DNA of 64,000 nucleotides from positions 1,024,001-1,088,000 of the forward strand of contig CBDDFZ010000002.1 in the NCBI GenBank assembly GCA_965227515.1. The letters are read 5' to 3'. Every line of letters starts with the position of its first letter. Positions within the stretch are counted from its first letter, which is position 1. The notes below the pieces were generated by a model that was not told where the DNA came from, did not search any database, and was given only the letters and a program-made list of their open reading frames with translations. This DNA is from Alphaproteobacteria bacterium (GTDB taxonomy: Bacteria > Pseudomonadota > Alphaproteobacteria > CALKHQ01). Positions 50,315-60,720 of this stretch are shown in pieces. The position numbers were made by a program, and so were the translations under genes.

Positions 50315-52627
50315 TCAGGTGCAGATGCCGCGTCGTTGCAGTTCGTCGATGAAGCGCGCGATCAGATTGGTCGCTTGATCGTTGACCGAGGCGGTGCGCT
50401 GGTCGACCACCGCCTCAAATCCCTCCGGGGCCCGCACCATGCCGATCTCCTCGTCGCGGTCCCAGCGATGTCCGGTGAGCTGGGCAGCCGTGCCGCTGAC
50501 GCTCAGTTCGCCGCAGACGAACTCGAACCGCTGCCGCACACCCATCGGTCCGGTATCGCCCGCTTCGACGTAGATGACGCTCTCCACCGTGGCCAGATAG
50601 GCGACGATGTCGGTGCCTGGCACCGCATGCCGGGTCCAGCCATCCAGGTCGACGCTTTCCTCCGCCCATGCGCGGCGCAACTCCAGCTCTGCCGGATCGA
50701 GAATGACCTCGACCCACACATCCTCGATGACGTCTGACTCCGCAATCCCGCCGGCGAAGGTGTCGTAACCCAGGACGATGCCGTCTTCTTCCGTGCCGGC
50801 CGGCCAGGAAACGACTTCCGGGTCGCGGTCCTGCCATGTGGCGCGGATGGCCGCCAGGATCCCGCCCAGCACCCGGTCGGCATCGAGATGCGGATGCTGA
50901 ACCACGTTGTAGAGGCTGGGATAACACGGGTGTGTCTGGCGCGCCGGCCAATCGAAGTCCTCATCGGCGGTGCCGACGAACCGCACCTGCGCCGAGGCGC
51001 TGCCAATCCCGGTCGCCACGGTGAAGTGGTAGCTGCCGGCCGGCAGCAGCACGCCGGGAAGGTCGATACCAGGCGCGCTGTCGCGCCCGGTGGACACCAC
51101 CCAGGCACTGCCCGACTGGACGTCGCCGTCGACGATGTTGAACCACAGATTGCCGGCGGTATCGATGATCCAGGCCGTGTCGGCGCCCAGCACCTGGATC
51201 ACCTGTGGCTGGGTCAGGGTGAATTGCACGCCTTCGGTGGTCTCGCGCCCGTCGGACCCCATGGTGGTGCGCGCGGTCAGCGTGACCGGGTCGCCACTCG
51301 GGGCCGGCGGAGCGACGAACTCGACTGAGAAACTGCGTGCCGGGCCATCGGGCCATTCGCCGTGCAGGCAATAGCCGCCGGGCATCAGGTCGCGCGTGCT
51401 CCACGCCTCGACGTCGCCGGCATCGCTCGACCACAGCAGCGAGCCGGCGAAATCGATGATCGAGCCGGTCGGCGGCGTGTCGGTGAAGGTGACCGTCTGC
51501 GGCGCCGTCAGGTAGAACATGCGGTCGCTCTGGTCCTGGGCGGACGACAACAGAACCGGGCCGCCGGGCGTTGGCATCGGCGGCAGCAGGATCTCGGCGG
51601 ACACCGAGCCGATTGCGCCCGACAGGCACGCGACGTGCAGAACGAAGGTGCCGGCCGGCAGCGGGACCATACCGTTCGTCGGGTCGGCGCCCGGCGGCAT
51701 GATCAGCGGTGCGCCGTCGAAGATGTTGGCGACGAGGTCCCCGCCATAGTCCTTCTCGGCGATCCACCAGGAGTCCCGCCCCGGCTCGCCGCGCCATAGC
51801 ACGCGTATGGTGGTGGGCTCGGCGAGCGTGAAACGCACATCGTTGACCTCGCCGCCACCGGCGGACGCATCGCAGACCGTGCTGGCGGTGCGGCGCTCGG
51901 TCAGCCCCGGCGGCGTGAGGTTGTCGTCGCCGGCCGGACCGTCCGGTTGATCCGCGACCACCGTTTCCGGGATGGTGCCGGGGTCCTTGAAGTAGCCGAC
52001 GAGAGCGTTCATGGCGGCCACGTTGTCGGCGTCGCCGGTGGTGGCGACCGTCAGGTTCATCAGCGTGGTGTCGCCATAATCAACGCAGGTGATCAGCGCG
52101 TTGAAGTCGTCGTCCTCGGCCTGGAACGACCGGTAGGCGCTATCGGTTTCCGTCAGGCCGCCGCCGAGAAACGCGTCCTCGCCGCGCTGGCGGCAGGTCT
52201 CGACGTCCATCTCGACATATTCGGTCCACCACGTCATGCCGGGATTGTTGTCGACGTCGTTTGGTGCCGGGCTGCGCGGGCCGGCGCGAAACTCCATCAG
52301 GTCCAGCAGGCGGTCGACCGGCTCCCAGGCGCTGACGCCCTCGAACGCCGTGGCGGTCATCAGCGCCAGGGAGAGCCCGTTGCCGTACCCCTGGCACGCC
52401 ACATAGGCGCTGACCCCGTCGCCGACGCCATACACCCACCAATCGCTGTTCGCCGTGACCGCGAGCCCGCTGCCATTCACCGCGTCAAAGGCGCGGCCCA
52501 TGCATTCGTCGAAGCCGTACGGAAATTCTTCGATCAGAAACGCCAGGTCGCCGTCCGCGGCCGCGGCAGGTGCCGCGTTTGCCCCCAGCGCGCCGGCAAG
52601 GACGCCAACCTTCAAGATGCCACGCAT
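50315..52627 (-). CDS. large secreted multidomain hypothetical protein
   Basis: GGAGGGG RBS, signal peptide, internal repeats. Confidence 0.8.
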   Translation of the reverse strand: MRGILKVGVLAGALGANAAPAAAADGDLAFLIEEFPYGFDECMGRAFDAVNGSGLAVTANSDWWVYGVGDGVSAYVACQGYGNGLSLALMTATAFEGVSAWEPVDRLLDLMEFRAGPRSPAPNDVDNNPGMTWWTEYVEMDVETCRQRGEDAFLGGGLTETDSAYRSFQAEDDDFNALITCVDYGDTTLMNLTVATTGDADNVAAMNALVGYFKDPGTIPETVVADQPDGPAGDDNLTPPGLTERRTASTVCDASAGGGEVNDVRFTLAEPTTIRVLWRGEPGRDSWWIAEKDYGGDLVANIFDGAPLIMPPGADPTNGMVPLPAGTFVLHVACLSGAIGSVSAEILLPPMPTPGGPVLLSSAQDQSDRMFYLTAPQTVTFTDTPPTGSIIDFAGSLLWSSDAGDVEAWSTRDLMPGGYCLHGEWPDGPARSFSVEFVAPPAPSGDPVTLTARTTMGSDGRETTEGVQFTLTQPQVIQVLGADTAWIIDTAGNLWFNIVDGDVQSGSAWVVSTGRDSAPGIDLPGVLLPAGSYHFTVATGIGSASAQVRFVGTADEDFDWPARQTHPCYPSLYNVVQHPHLDADRVLGGILAAIRATWQDRDPEVVSWPAGTEEDGIVLGYDTFAGGIAESDVIEDVWVEVILDPAELELRRAWAEESVDLDGWTRHAVPGTDIVAYLATVESVIYVEAGDTGPMGVRQRFEFVCGELSVSGTAAQLTGHRWDRDEEIGMVRAPEGFEAVVDQRTASVNDQATNLIARFIDELQRRGICT

Positions 52628-52805
52628 AGCCCCCTCCTATGTAGCGGCGGGGGGCATGGTAGCACACGGAAACTGCCGTCGCGCGCCGCGATGGCACTTC
52701 GTTGCGGTGAACCTGCGACAGCGTCGGCGCGACCCACGGGCAACGAGCTTGAACGCGCTGTGCCCAGGCGTTCGAGGACAACAACAAGAACGAGGAGACC
52801 GCATC

Positions 52806-53060
52806 ATGTCCAACTACGCATCCGCGCCCGCGCCGTCCGACGTCAGCCAGGCTGCCAATGGCGGGTCCTTCCGCTGGTGGTACGAGTATGGCGGCGGCCG
52901 CATCGAAGCGGCGCCCGAAGATGCCATCGCCGCATATTCGGTCGATGTGCCGACGGTTGAGCCTGGTACCGAAGCGCCCGCTGGCGAAGCGGCGCTGATC
53001 GGCGTCGATGACGGCGGCGACAACGGCGGCGGTCCTTGGGGCATGGACTGGCTCGTCTGA
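52806..53060 (+). CDS. small acidic protein (84 aa) ending DWLV
   Basis: GAGGAG RBS, host-like codon usage. Confidence 0.7.
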   Translation: MSNYASAPAPSDVSQAANGGSFRWWYEYGGGRIEAAPEDAIAAYSVDVPTVEPGTEAPAGEAALIGVDDGGDNGGGPWGMDWLV

Positions 53061-53137
53061 CACACCACCGGTGAACCTCCTGGCCGGTCGCGGCGACATA
53101 AGCGCGAGCGACACGAGCATCTGAAGGAGACGATCCG

Positions 53138-53992
53138 ATGGCCCGCTATTCCTCGACGACCACGCCTTCCGCCCTCAGCCCCGCTGCGCGGAGCCCCGGC
53201 ATCAAGCAGTGGTGGGAGGATATGTGGGAGGACAAGACCGAGTACGGCACCTCCGGCGACGACACCATCCAGACCTGGTACGGCGACGACATCGTCTACG
53301 GCTATGCCGGCAACGACAACATCAAGACCGGCGGCGGCAACGACTACGTCGAGGGCGGCCTCGGCAACGACACCATCGAACTCGGCGCCGGCACCGACTA
53401 TGCCGATGGCGGTGACGGCACCGACTTCATCTTCGGCGGTGCGGGCGACGATCATATCCTCGGTGGCTTCGGCAACGATCTCTGCTCCGGCGAGGACGGC
53501 GACGATTTTGTCTACACCGGCGGCGGCGACGACTGGGGCATGGGCGGCGCCGGCAATGACGAGGTCTGGGGCGGTGCCGGCAACGACTATGTGTATGGCG
53601 ACGAGGGCAACGACTATGTCCACGGTGGCAGTGGCAATGACGCCGTGTACGGTGGCGCCGGGCACGACACCTTGCTCGGCGGTTCCGGCAATGACGTGCT
53701 CCACGTCGGCAGTGGCAACGACACCGCCTACGGCAACGAAGGCAACGACCTGTTGATCGCCGGCGACGGCCTGAACGAGTTGTGGGGCGGCAGTGGCAGC
53801 GACACGTTTCTGGTCGGTGTCGGCGGCGACTGGCCGGACCTGGTGATGGATTTCTCGGCGGAGGACAAGGTCGGCGGCGCCTACCACCAGGTCATCGGCA
53901 ACCACACCTACATCTACGACAGCAGCGATACCGCCAGGCTGATCCTGGTCAACTACGACGCCGACCAGGATGGCCTGACCTGGTTCAGCTGA
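53138..53992 (+). CDS. RTX calcium-binding protein
   Basis: tandem GGxGNDxx nonapeptides; AAGGAG RBS. Confidence 0.92.
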   Translation: MARYSSTTTPSALSPAARSPGIKQWWEDMWEDKTEYGTSGDDTIQTWYGDDIVYGYAGNDNIKTGGGNDYVEGGLGNDTIELGAGTDYADGGDGTDFIFGGAGDDHILGGFGNDLCSGEDGDDFVYTGGGDDWGMGGAGNDEVWGGAGNDYVYGDEGNDYVHGGSGNDAVYGGAGHDTLLGGSGNDVLHVGSGNDTAYGNEGNDLLIAGDGLNELWGGSGSDTFLVGVGGDWPDLVMDFSAEDKVGGAYHQVIGNHTYIYDSSDTARLILVNYDADQDGLTWFS

Positions 53993-54006
53993 GCCCGGTC
54001 GAGACC

Positions 54007-55317
54007 CTACTCGGCAGCTTGAATCGCGCTACTTGCGGGTGTGGGCTCCGGCGGTCGTGTCGCTGCCATGCCCGCCGGCGCGCGGAAACGCATGAACGGC
54101 AGCCAGCGGCCGACCCAGCGGAAGATCGAGCGTTCCTCCATCGCCAGCGCGTAGGCGACGTAGTCGGGATCGGCCGACAGGTGCTTTTCCTCCACCTTGG
54201 CGCGGCCCAGGTAGATCGCGTTCACCATCGCCATGATTAAGGCGCCCTTCAGGCCCTCGACCGGGCCGGCCATCGACAGGAACGGCATGTTGACCAGCCA
54301 GAAGAAGATCGACTTGGAAACGTAGTCCGGGTGCTTGGTGAAGCGGTAGGGGCCGTTGGTGATGATGCCCCGATTGGTCAGGTTCGACCATCTGAGCCCG
54401 AAGATCATGGTCGCCCACAGCCAGATCGCGAAGCTGACCAGCAGCAGGCCCGCCCACGGCAGGCTAAGCGCCGGTGTGTCGGCGAACCAGTCGTACCAAT
54501 AGACGCCGTCGGTGTAGTCCAGGATCTCGCCGGTGATGACGCGGTTGAACGGCTCGTAGACCACCAGGGTCACCAGCCACGCCGCGAGCAGCGGGTTGGG
54601 CGAGCGAATGTGCGCGTCGAGCAGCCGGAAGGTGCAGAAATAGCCGACGCACACGATGGTCAGCTCCAGCAGCACGACGAAGCTGGTGATCCAGGTGACG
54701 ATGTCGACATGGCTGCCGTCCAGCAGGTCCAGGTTGGCATGCAGGCCGCGCACGTTCTTGGTCAGGTAGACGAACATGATCGGCAGGAAGAAGCCCTTGA
54801 TCCCCCACGACAGCAGGTGCTCGCGCAGCACCGGCCAGTCGATGCTGTCGAACCGGCCGCGTGTCATCTGGCCGACCAGCCAATAACCGTCATGCGGTTC
54901 CGCCATCCGCGCATCGACGAAGGCGATGTAGGGGATGGCGACGATCAGGATCGGCACCGCCAGCAACGCCACCACCAGGGCGGCGATGGACATATCCTCG
55001 ATGGTGTAGAGCCGGACCACCCAGTGAATGGCCGCCACCGCCGCCAGTGTGACCACTAGGCCCAGCAGCTTGGTCCAGACCCGCGGCCAGTTGGTGCCTT
55101 GGCTACCGGCCCGGGACCAGTCCAGTCCGGTGCTCGCGCGGCGATGGGTGCGCAACACTGTCAGCTCCAGCAACGCGATCGGCACCGCGTAGGCCAGCAT
55201 GCACGCGATGGCGCCGACCAGCGGGTTGGGGCCGACCACGGCCAAAACGCCGGCCGTCAGCGCGGCGGCGAGCAGGCCGATAGAATTGATCCATTGGCTG
55301 GTGACTGAGGTGGGCAT
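54007..55317 (-). CDS. isoprenylcysteine carboxyl methyltransferase (ICMT)-family polytopic membrane protein
   Basis: SNLTNRGIITNGPYRFTKHPDY and RAKVEEKHL..DP.Y motifs. Confidence 0.85.
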   Translation of the reverse strand: MPTSVTSQWINSIGLLAAALTAGVLAVVGPNPLVGAIACMLAYAVPIALLELTVLRTHRRASTGLDWSRAGSQGTNWPRVWTKLLGLVVTLAAVAAIHWVVRLYTIEDMSIAALVVALLAVPILIVAIPYIAFVDARMAEPHDGYWLVGQMTRGRFDSIDWPVLREHLLSWGIKGFFLPIMFVYLTKNVRGLHANLDLLDGSHVDIVTWITSFVVLLELTIVCVGYFCTFRLLDAHIRSPNPLLAAWLVTLVVYEPFNRVITGEILDYTDGVYWYDWFADTPALSLPWAGLLLVSFAIWLWATMIFGLRWSNLTNRGIITNGPYRFTKHPDYVSKSIFFWLVNMPFLSMAGPVEGLKGALIMAMVNAIYLGRAKVEEKHLSADPDYVAYALAMEERSIFRWVGRWLPFMRFRAPAGMAATRPPEPTPASSAIQAAE

Positions 55318-55524
55318 GCCAGGCTCTCTTCCTGAGATTTGCTCGCCACCCGTATCACAAACATCTGTATGGAAGGTTGAGGCGGCTGGCCGGCACGCCG
55401 GCTACAAATGCCGCGCGCTCGCCAGGATTCGGCCATAAGATCGCGCCGGCCGCGTGCTCTGCTCCCTCATGCTGGGATGAGCAGCCCGGACACTTCTCAA
55501 AGTTGCGTGCGCAGGGAGGTTTCG

Positions 55525-58407
55525 ATGGTCACGGCCATGGTGAGATGGCTGGCGGTGCTGGTGTTTGCCGTCGGATGCGGCACCGCGGCCGCCCAGGACG
55601 CCACCAATCAGGACGATGGCAGGGGCGCCGACCATGCCGACGGTGTCGTTGGCTGGGACGACGGCGTGCGTGTCGCCCTGGTAATTGGCAACGGCGCCTA
55701 TCGCGCCATCGGTCCGCTGGCCAACCCCACCAACGATGCGGCGGCCGTCGCCGATGCGCTGCGCGAAACCGGGTTCCAGGTAGTGCAGGCCACAGACGTC
55801 GACTACGAGGGCATGCGCCAGGCGCTGCGCGAATTCAACGCCCTGCTGACGCCGGGCGCCACGGCGCTGTTCTACTATGCCGGCCACGGCATCCAGTACC
55901 AGGGCATCAACTACCTGTTGCCGGTGGGGGCCGAGCTGACCCGCGAGGCCGACCTGATCTTCGAGGGCTTCGACGCCAACACCGTGCTGTCGCTGATGGC
56001 CGATGCCGGCAGCCGGTTGAACATCGTGATCCTGGATGCTTGCCGCAACAACCCGTTCGTCACCGGGTCGCGCAACGTGCAGCGCGGGCTGGCGGAGATG
56101 AGCGTGGCGGGCGCCGAAACGGTGATCGCCTATGCCACCGCGCCGGGTCAGGTCGCCGCCGATGGCGTCGGCGCGCACAGCCCCTACACGGCAGCCTTGC
56201 TGCAGCACCTGGGCGAGCCGGGGCTGGAGATCGGCCGCCTGTTCCGCGAAGTGCGCCGCACGGTGCGCGAGTCCACCGGCGACCAGCAGATCCCCTGGGT
56301 GTCCAGCACGCTGGAGGGCGAGTTCTATTTCAACCCGCCCGATCCGGATGACGGCGTGGCGGAGATGTCCGATGAGGAACGGCTGTGGCGCGCCATTGCC
56401 GACAGCACCGATCCGGCCGACTTCGAGACCTATCTGGCCAGCTACCCCGAGGGGCTCTATGCGCAATTGGCCGAAAACCGGCTGGCGGCACTCGCCGATG
56501 CCGAGCCGCGGGTCCTCGCCGTGCTGGCCGACACCGGGCCGGTGCCGGTGGAGTTCCTGCTGCCCGCGTCGCGCGAAGGCGAGGCGGCGGAAGTGCGGAT
56601 CGACGCGGTGCCCCAGGGCGGGCGCCTTTCTCTTGACGACGCCACGTTGTGGCCGGGCGAGACCATCGACCTGGAAGGCTTCGGCCGGCTGGCGTTCACG
56701 CCCGACCCCGGCTTCAGCGGCGATGCCGGCCAGATGGCGTTCTCGGTGATCGGCCCCGAAGGCGTGCGGATGAACGGCCAGTTGAGTTTCCAGGTGGTGT
56801 CCGATCCCTGCGACGCCTTCTCCGGCGTGGCCAACTATCGGGCCGCTCTGTTGTGGGTGGAGAGCGACTTCGCCTACCAATGGCCGGAGTTCGACGCCAC
56901 CCAGGCGCTGGATGCCTGCTCGGCGGCGGTCGAGGCCTATCCCGAGGTTGCACGGTTCCAGTTCACGCTTGGCCGCGCCCGGTTCGAGCTGGCGTCGGCC
57001 ACGGGCGACTACGGCAACGCCGTCGACACGCTGGAGCAGGCGGTCGAGATCGGCTCCGGCGCCGCCGCCTACCAGCTTGGCGAGATGTACCGCTATGGCG
57101 TCGGCGCGGCGATTGATGCGGAGGCCGCGATTACCTGGTTCGAGCGGGCGATCGCGCTTGGCGAACGCCGGGCTGCGAGTTCGTTGGGCAACATCCTGCT
57201 CAACAATCCGCTTGTGGCCGATCCGACACGCGGGCTCGCGATGATCGAGGAGGCGGCCGAGGACGGCGAGCCCTATGCGCAGTTGGCGATGTTTCGGCTG
57301 TTCGACCTCGGCGAGCACGGCTTCCCGCAGGACCCGGGCCAGGCCATGCGCTGGTTCATCAAGGCGGCCAGTCACGGCGATGCCTCGCCGCCCGGCCTGT
57401 GGCACGACACCGACTGGATCCCGGAGGAGCATTGGGCGGCGGCCGTGCAACTGCTGCTGAACGAGCGCGGCTACGACGCCGGCCCGGCCGATGGCCAGCC
57501 GGGACCGCGCACTCTGGACGCGATCCGGGCGTTCCAGGCCGACATCGGGCTGCCGCCTTCCGGCGAGATCGACTATTTCCTGATGACCGCGCTGGGCCGC
57601 GACCGCCCGCTGCCCGGCGACACCATCCAGGACTGCGACGACTGTCCGGTGGTGCGCGTGCTGCCGGCGGGCCAATTCATGATGGGGCCGAACCCCGTGC
57701 CTGGACCCGATGAGCCGTCGATCTTCACCGATGCCGTGCCGGTGCACCAGGTCACCTTCACCGCCCCGTTCGCCATCGGCACCCACGAGGTGACCTTTGC
57801 CGAATACGATGCCTGCGTCGCCGACGGCGCGTGCGTGCACGTGCCCGACGACCATGGCTGGGGGCGCGGCGACCGTCCGGTGATCGACGTCAACTGGCAC
57901 GACGCCATGGCCTATGTGCACTGGCTGTCGGTGACGACAGGGCGCGACTACCGCCTGCCAAGCGAGGCGGAGTGGGAATATGCCGCGCGCGCCGGCCTCG
58001 TCGATGGCACCTATTGGGCCGATGGCGGCGATCCGTGCGGCTACCTGAACGGCGACGATGCCGCCGCCGCAGCCGAAACAGGCGAGGCGGTGGCGGACAC
58101 CGCCTTCTCGTGCGACGACGGCTATCCGTACACTGCGCCGGTCGGCAGCTTCACCGCCAACGCCTATGGCCTCTACGACATGCTGGGCAATGTTTGGGAG
58201 TGGCTGGCCGACTGCCAGCAATACACCTATATCGGCGCGCCCATCGACGGGTCGGCCTGGCAGGACGGCGACTGCGACCTGCGGGCCCAGCGCGGGCCGT
58301 CATTCGATTTCGGGCCGGTCATCATGAACCTGGCCTACCGCGCCGGCGCCGAAGCGGACAGCCGCCGTTGGGACGTCGGCTTCCGCGTCGCCCTGACGCT
58401 GGAGTAG
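55525..58407 (+). CDS. exported caspase-like (peptidase C14) protein fused to Ig-like, Sel1, peptidoglycan-binding and FGE-sulfatase domains
   Basis: signal peptide; ALVIGN, YAGHG and LDACR; Sel1 repeats; G.DG..G..T..AI.AFQ; RLPSEAEWEYAARAG and DMLGNVWEW. Confidence 0.92.
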   Translation: MVTAMVRWLAVLVFAVGCGTAAAQDATNQDDGRGADHADGVVGWDDGVRVALVIGNGAYRAIGPLANPTNDAAAVADALRETGFQVVQATDVDYEGMRQALREFNALLTPGATALFYYAGHGIQYQGINYLLPVGAELTREADLIFEGFDANTVLSLMADAGSRLNIVILDACRNNPFVTGSRNVQRGLAEMSVAGAETVIAYATAPGQVAADGVGAHSPYTAALLQHLGEPGLEIGRLFREVRRTVRESTGDQQIPWVSSTLEGEFYFNPPDPDDGVAEMSDEERLWRAIADSTDPADFETYLASYPEGLYAQLAENRLAALADAEPRVLAVLADTGPVPVEFLLPASREGEAAEVRIDAVPQGGRLSLDDATLWPGETIDLEGFGRLAFTPDPGFSGDAGQMAFSVIGPEGVRMNGQLSFQVVSDPCDAFSGVANYRAALLWVESDFAYQWPEFDATQALDACSAAVEAYPEVARFQFTLGRARFELASATGDYGNAVDTLEQAVEIGSGAAAYQLGEMYRYGVGAAIDAEAAITWFERAIALGERRAASSLGNILLNNPLVADPTRGLAMIEEAAEDGEPYAQLAMFRLFDLGEHGFPQDPGQAMRWFIKAASHGDASPPGLWHDTDWIPEEHWAAAVQLLLNERGYDAGPADGQPGPRTLDAIRAFQADIGLPPSGEIDYFLMTALGRDRPLPGDTIQDCDDCPVVRVLPAGQFMMGPNPVPGPDEPSIFTDAVPVHQVTFTAPFAIGTHEVTFAEYDACVADGACVHVPDDHGWGRGDRPVIDVNWHDAMAYVHWLSVTTGRDYRLPSEAEWEYAARAGLVDGTYWADGGDPCGYLNGDDAAAAAETGEAVADTAFSCDDGYPYTAPVGSFTANAYGLYDMLGNVWEWLADCQQYTYIGAPIDGSAWQDGDCDLRAQRGPSFDFGPVIMNLAYRAGAEADSRRWDVGFRVALTLE

Positions 58408-58430
58408 CGAGGTCTCGCAACACCCTGAAT

Positions 58431-58604
58431 TGATGCCCTCGCCCTTGTGGCGAGGGCCCATCGCGATGCCCGGCTGGACACTTGCCAATTGGATAAGCCT
58501 GGTGGGGCCACGTCAAAAAGGCGCTTTCGCCGACCGGCATTGCGAACACGACCCGTCAAGCATCACCGGCACAAATGGGTCCTCGCGACAAGCGCGAGGG
58601 CGAC
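58431..58604. repeat. degenerate CGTC-type REP doublet
   Basis: CCCTCGCCCTTGTGGCGAGGGCCCAT and inverted ATGGGTCCTCGCGACAAGCGCGAGGGCGACG. Confidence 0.6.
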
Positions 58605-58708
58605 GATGGTTGGGGCGGCAGCGTTGAAGCGTACCGGGGTAATGCAGGCTGCCCGGTGTGATTCGTATGCGCTTGGCGATACGATGCCGCCTCGCGTGAC
58701 GACTCGGT

Positions 58709-59455
58709 ATGACGATGCAATCTGCGACTGCCCAACGACTTGAAGCGCCGCCGGCCGGTCGCCAAAACGACGGCAGTGCCATCGGCTTCCGCTTGAATGG
58801 CGCCGAGCTGCTGGCCGACCGTGCCGGCGTGCTGGTGTGGCCGGACGAGGCGACGCTGGTGGTGGCCGACCTGCACTTCGAGAAGGGGAGCGGGCTTGCC
58901 CGCAACGGCGCCCTGCTGCCGCCCTATGACACCGCCGCCACGCTCGACCGGCTGGACGCGGCGATCGCGGCCTGGGCACCGAAACGCGTGATCTGCCTGG
59001 GCGATTCGTTCCACGATGGGCACGCCGCCGGACGACTGGAAGACGAGGTGGCGGCGCGCATCCGCTCCATGACCGCCGCGCGCGAATGGGTGTGGATCAC
59101 CGGCAACCACGACCCGGCGCCGCCGACATTCCTGGGCGGTACGGCGCGTGAGGACTTGCGCCTCGGGCCGCTGGTCTTCCGCCACGAGGCGGTGCCCTCG
59201 GCCGGTGGCGGCGAGGTCAGCGGGCACTTCCATCCCAAGGCGCGGGTGGCGGTGCGCGGCGGCAGCCGCAGCGGCCGCTGTTTCGTGACCGATGGCCGGC
59301 GGCTGATCCTGCCCGCCTTTGGCGCCTACACCGGCGGGCTTGACGTGCTGGACCCGGCGATCGACAGCCTGCTTGCCGCCAAGCGCGTGGTATTCCTGCT
59401 CGGCAAATCGCGCATCCATGGCTTTCCTGCGCGCCATCTGCGGCCGATCTGGTAA
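58709..59455 (+). CDS. pdeM: ligase-associated DNA damage response endonuclease (metallophosphoesterase)
   Basis: ADLHFEKG, LPPYDT, LGDSFHD, GNHD, GHFHPK and PAFG.YTGGL motifs. Confidence 0.88.
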   Translation: MTMQSATAQRLEAPPAGRQNDGSAIGFRLNGAELLADRAGVLVWPDEATLVVADLHFEKGSGLARNGALLPPYDTAATLDRLDAAIAAWAPKRVICLGDSFHDGHAAGRLEDEVAARIRSMTAAREWVWITGNHDPAPPTFLGGTAREDLRLGPLVFRHEAVPSAGGGEVSGHFHPKARVAVRGGSRSGRCFVTDGRRLILPAFGAYTGGLDVLDPAIDSLLAAKRVVFLLGKSRIHGFPARHLRPIW

Positions 59456-59587
59456 GGTGGCTGCCATGATCGTCGAAGCATTCACCCCGAGAATGGCCGG
59501 AATGGCGGCATTCGGCCATTTCTCGTTTGACTCGGGCGACCCAACTTGGCTCAATCCAGCCGCTTAACACATCAAACGGGGGAAGGC

Positions 59588-60007
59588 ATGACCCGCACTT
59601 TGAAGACTCTCGGCAAGGCGACGGCATGCGCCGCCATCATCGCGGCGACCGGCCTCGCCACCCTGTCGCCGGCCAGCGCGCAGTTGTTGCGCCAGGATGA
59701 CGGCGCGGACGATGCCGCCACCTACTACTTCTCGCCTGGTGCCGCCATCGACCGCAACTTCATGTACGGCGTCAATCGCGCGACCGGCGAGGTGAAGGCG
59801 TGCTGGTTCGAGCCCGACAACAATGTCGGCCTGACCACCTGCGCGCAGACCGGCCCTGGCGCCGGCCCGCAGGGCAGCGGCATGTACCGGTTGGTGCCGT
59901 CGAACATGGAGAACGAGCCTGGCGTCTTCCGCGTCGACATGGAAAGCGGCGCCATTGCCATCTGCTACGTCGCCAGCGGCCAGGTCGTCTGCACGCCGTC
60001 GAGCTGA
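59588..60007 (+). CDS. secreted hypothetical protein (two similar beta motifs)
   Basis: signal peptide; YGVNRATGEVKAC and FRVDMESGAIAIC repeats. Confidence 0.75.
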   Translation: MTRTLKTLGKATACAAIIAATGLATLSPASAQLLRQDDGADDAATYYFSPGAAIDRNFMYGVNRATGEVKACWFEPDNNVGLTTCAQTGPGAGPQGSGMYRLVPSNMENEPGVFRVDMESGAIAICYVASGQVVCTPSS

Positions 60008-60046
60008 CGTGACGGGCGCTTGCGCGCCCGGATAGCACTGAATATG

Positions 60047-60080
60047 CGGCACGCCGTTCTGCGGCGTGCCGTTTTCGTTT
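60047..60080 (+). terminator. intrinsic terminator
   Basis: CGGCACGCCG-loop-CGGCGTGCCG followed by TTTTCGTTT. Confidence 0.75.
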
Positions 60081-60090
60081 AGGCCTGCCG

Positions 60091-60720
60091 GTGTCTCATT
60101 CGATCGATCCGCGCTTGACCAATACGTCGCCTGACGGCGACCCGGCGCTTGCCGCGGCGCTGAAGTCCGGGTGGCGGGCGCACGACCTGGTCTGGGAACG
60201 GCTGCAGGAAGCCGCGGCCGAGGCGCACACGGCCGGTGATGTTGAGGCCGCGTGTGCGCTGTGGCGCAGGGCGGGCAAGGTGGCGTTCTGGCGCTTCGGC
60301 CGGATCGATCCGCGCCGCGGCACCTCGTCGGCCAATCTCGGGTTTGCGCTCAGGGCCGAGGGGCGTGCGGCCGCCGCCCGCCGCGCCTACATGCGGGCCG
60401 ACCGGCTCTGGCGCCATGCGCCGGTCTGGATCGAGCGCCACATGAAGATCGAGGGGCGGGGGCGCAGCTCCCTGTTCCACCTGCGGATGGAAGCCCGCGA
60501 TCCCTCCCGGCATGTCGCCAATCTGCGCCTGCGCATGGCGCGGTTCGCCGAGGAGGCGGCGGACGTGCTGGCGGCTGCGGCCGAAGGTCGCCCGGCGCCG
60601 GTGCGCACGTTCGCGCGTTGGAAGGGCGAGAAGCCCTCCACCTACGACGACGGCCGCAAACTGGTCGCCGCCTGCCTGCTGATTGTAACATCGCCCCGTG
60701 ATGTCCCATCGGGGGAATGA
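60091..60720 (+). CDS. helical (TPR-like) hypothetical protein
   Basis: Ala/Arg-rich helices, DPR..TS.ANLG, SSLFHLRME and WKGEKP segments. Confidence 0.7.
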   Translation: MSHSIDPRLTNTSPDGDPALAAALKSGWRAHDLVWERLQEAAAEAHTAGDVEAACALWRRAGKVAFWRFGRIDPRRGTSSANLGFALRAEGRAAAARRAYMRADRLWRHAPVWIERHMKIEGRGRSSLFHLRMEARDPSRHVANLRLRMARFAEEAADVLAAAAEGRPAPVRTFARWKGEKPSTYDDGRKLVAACLLIVTSPRDVPSGE

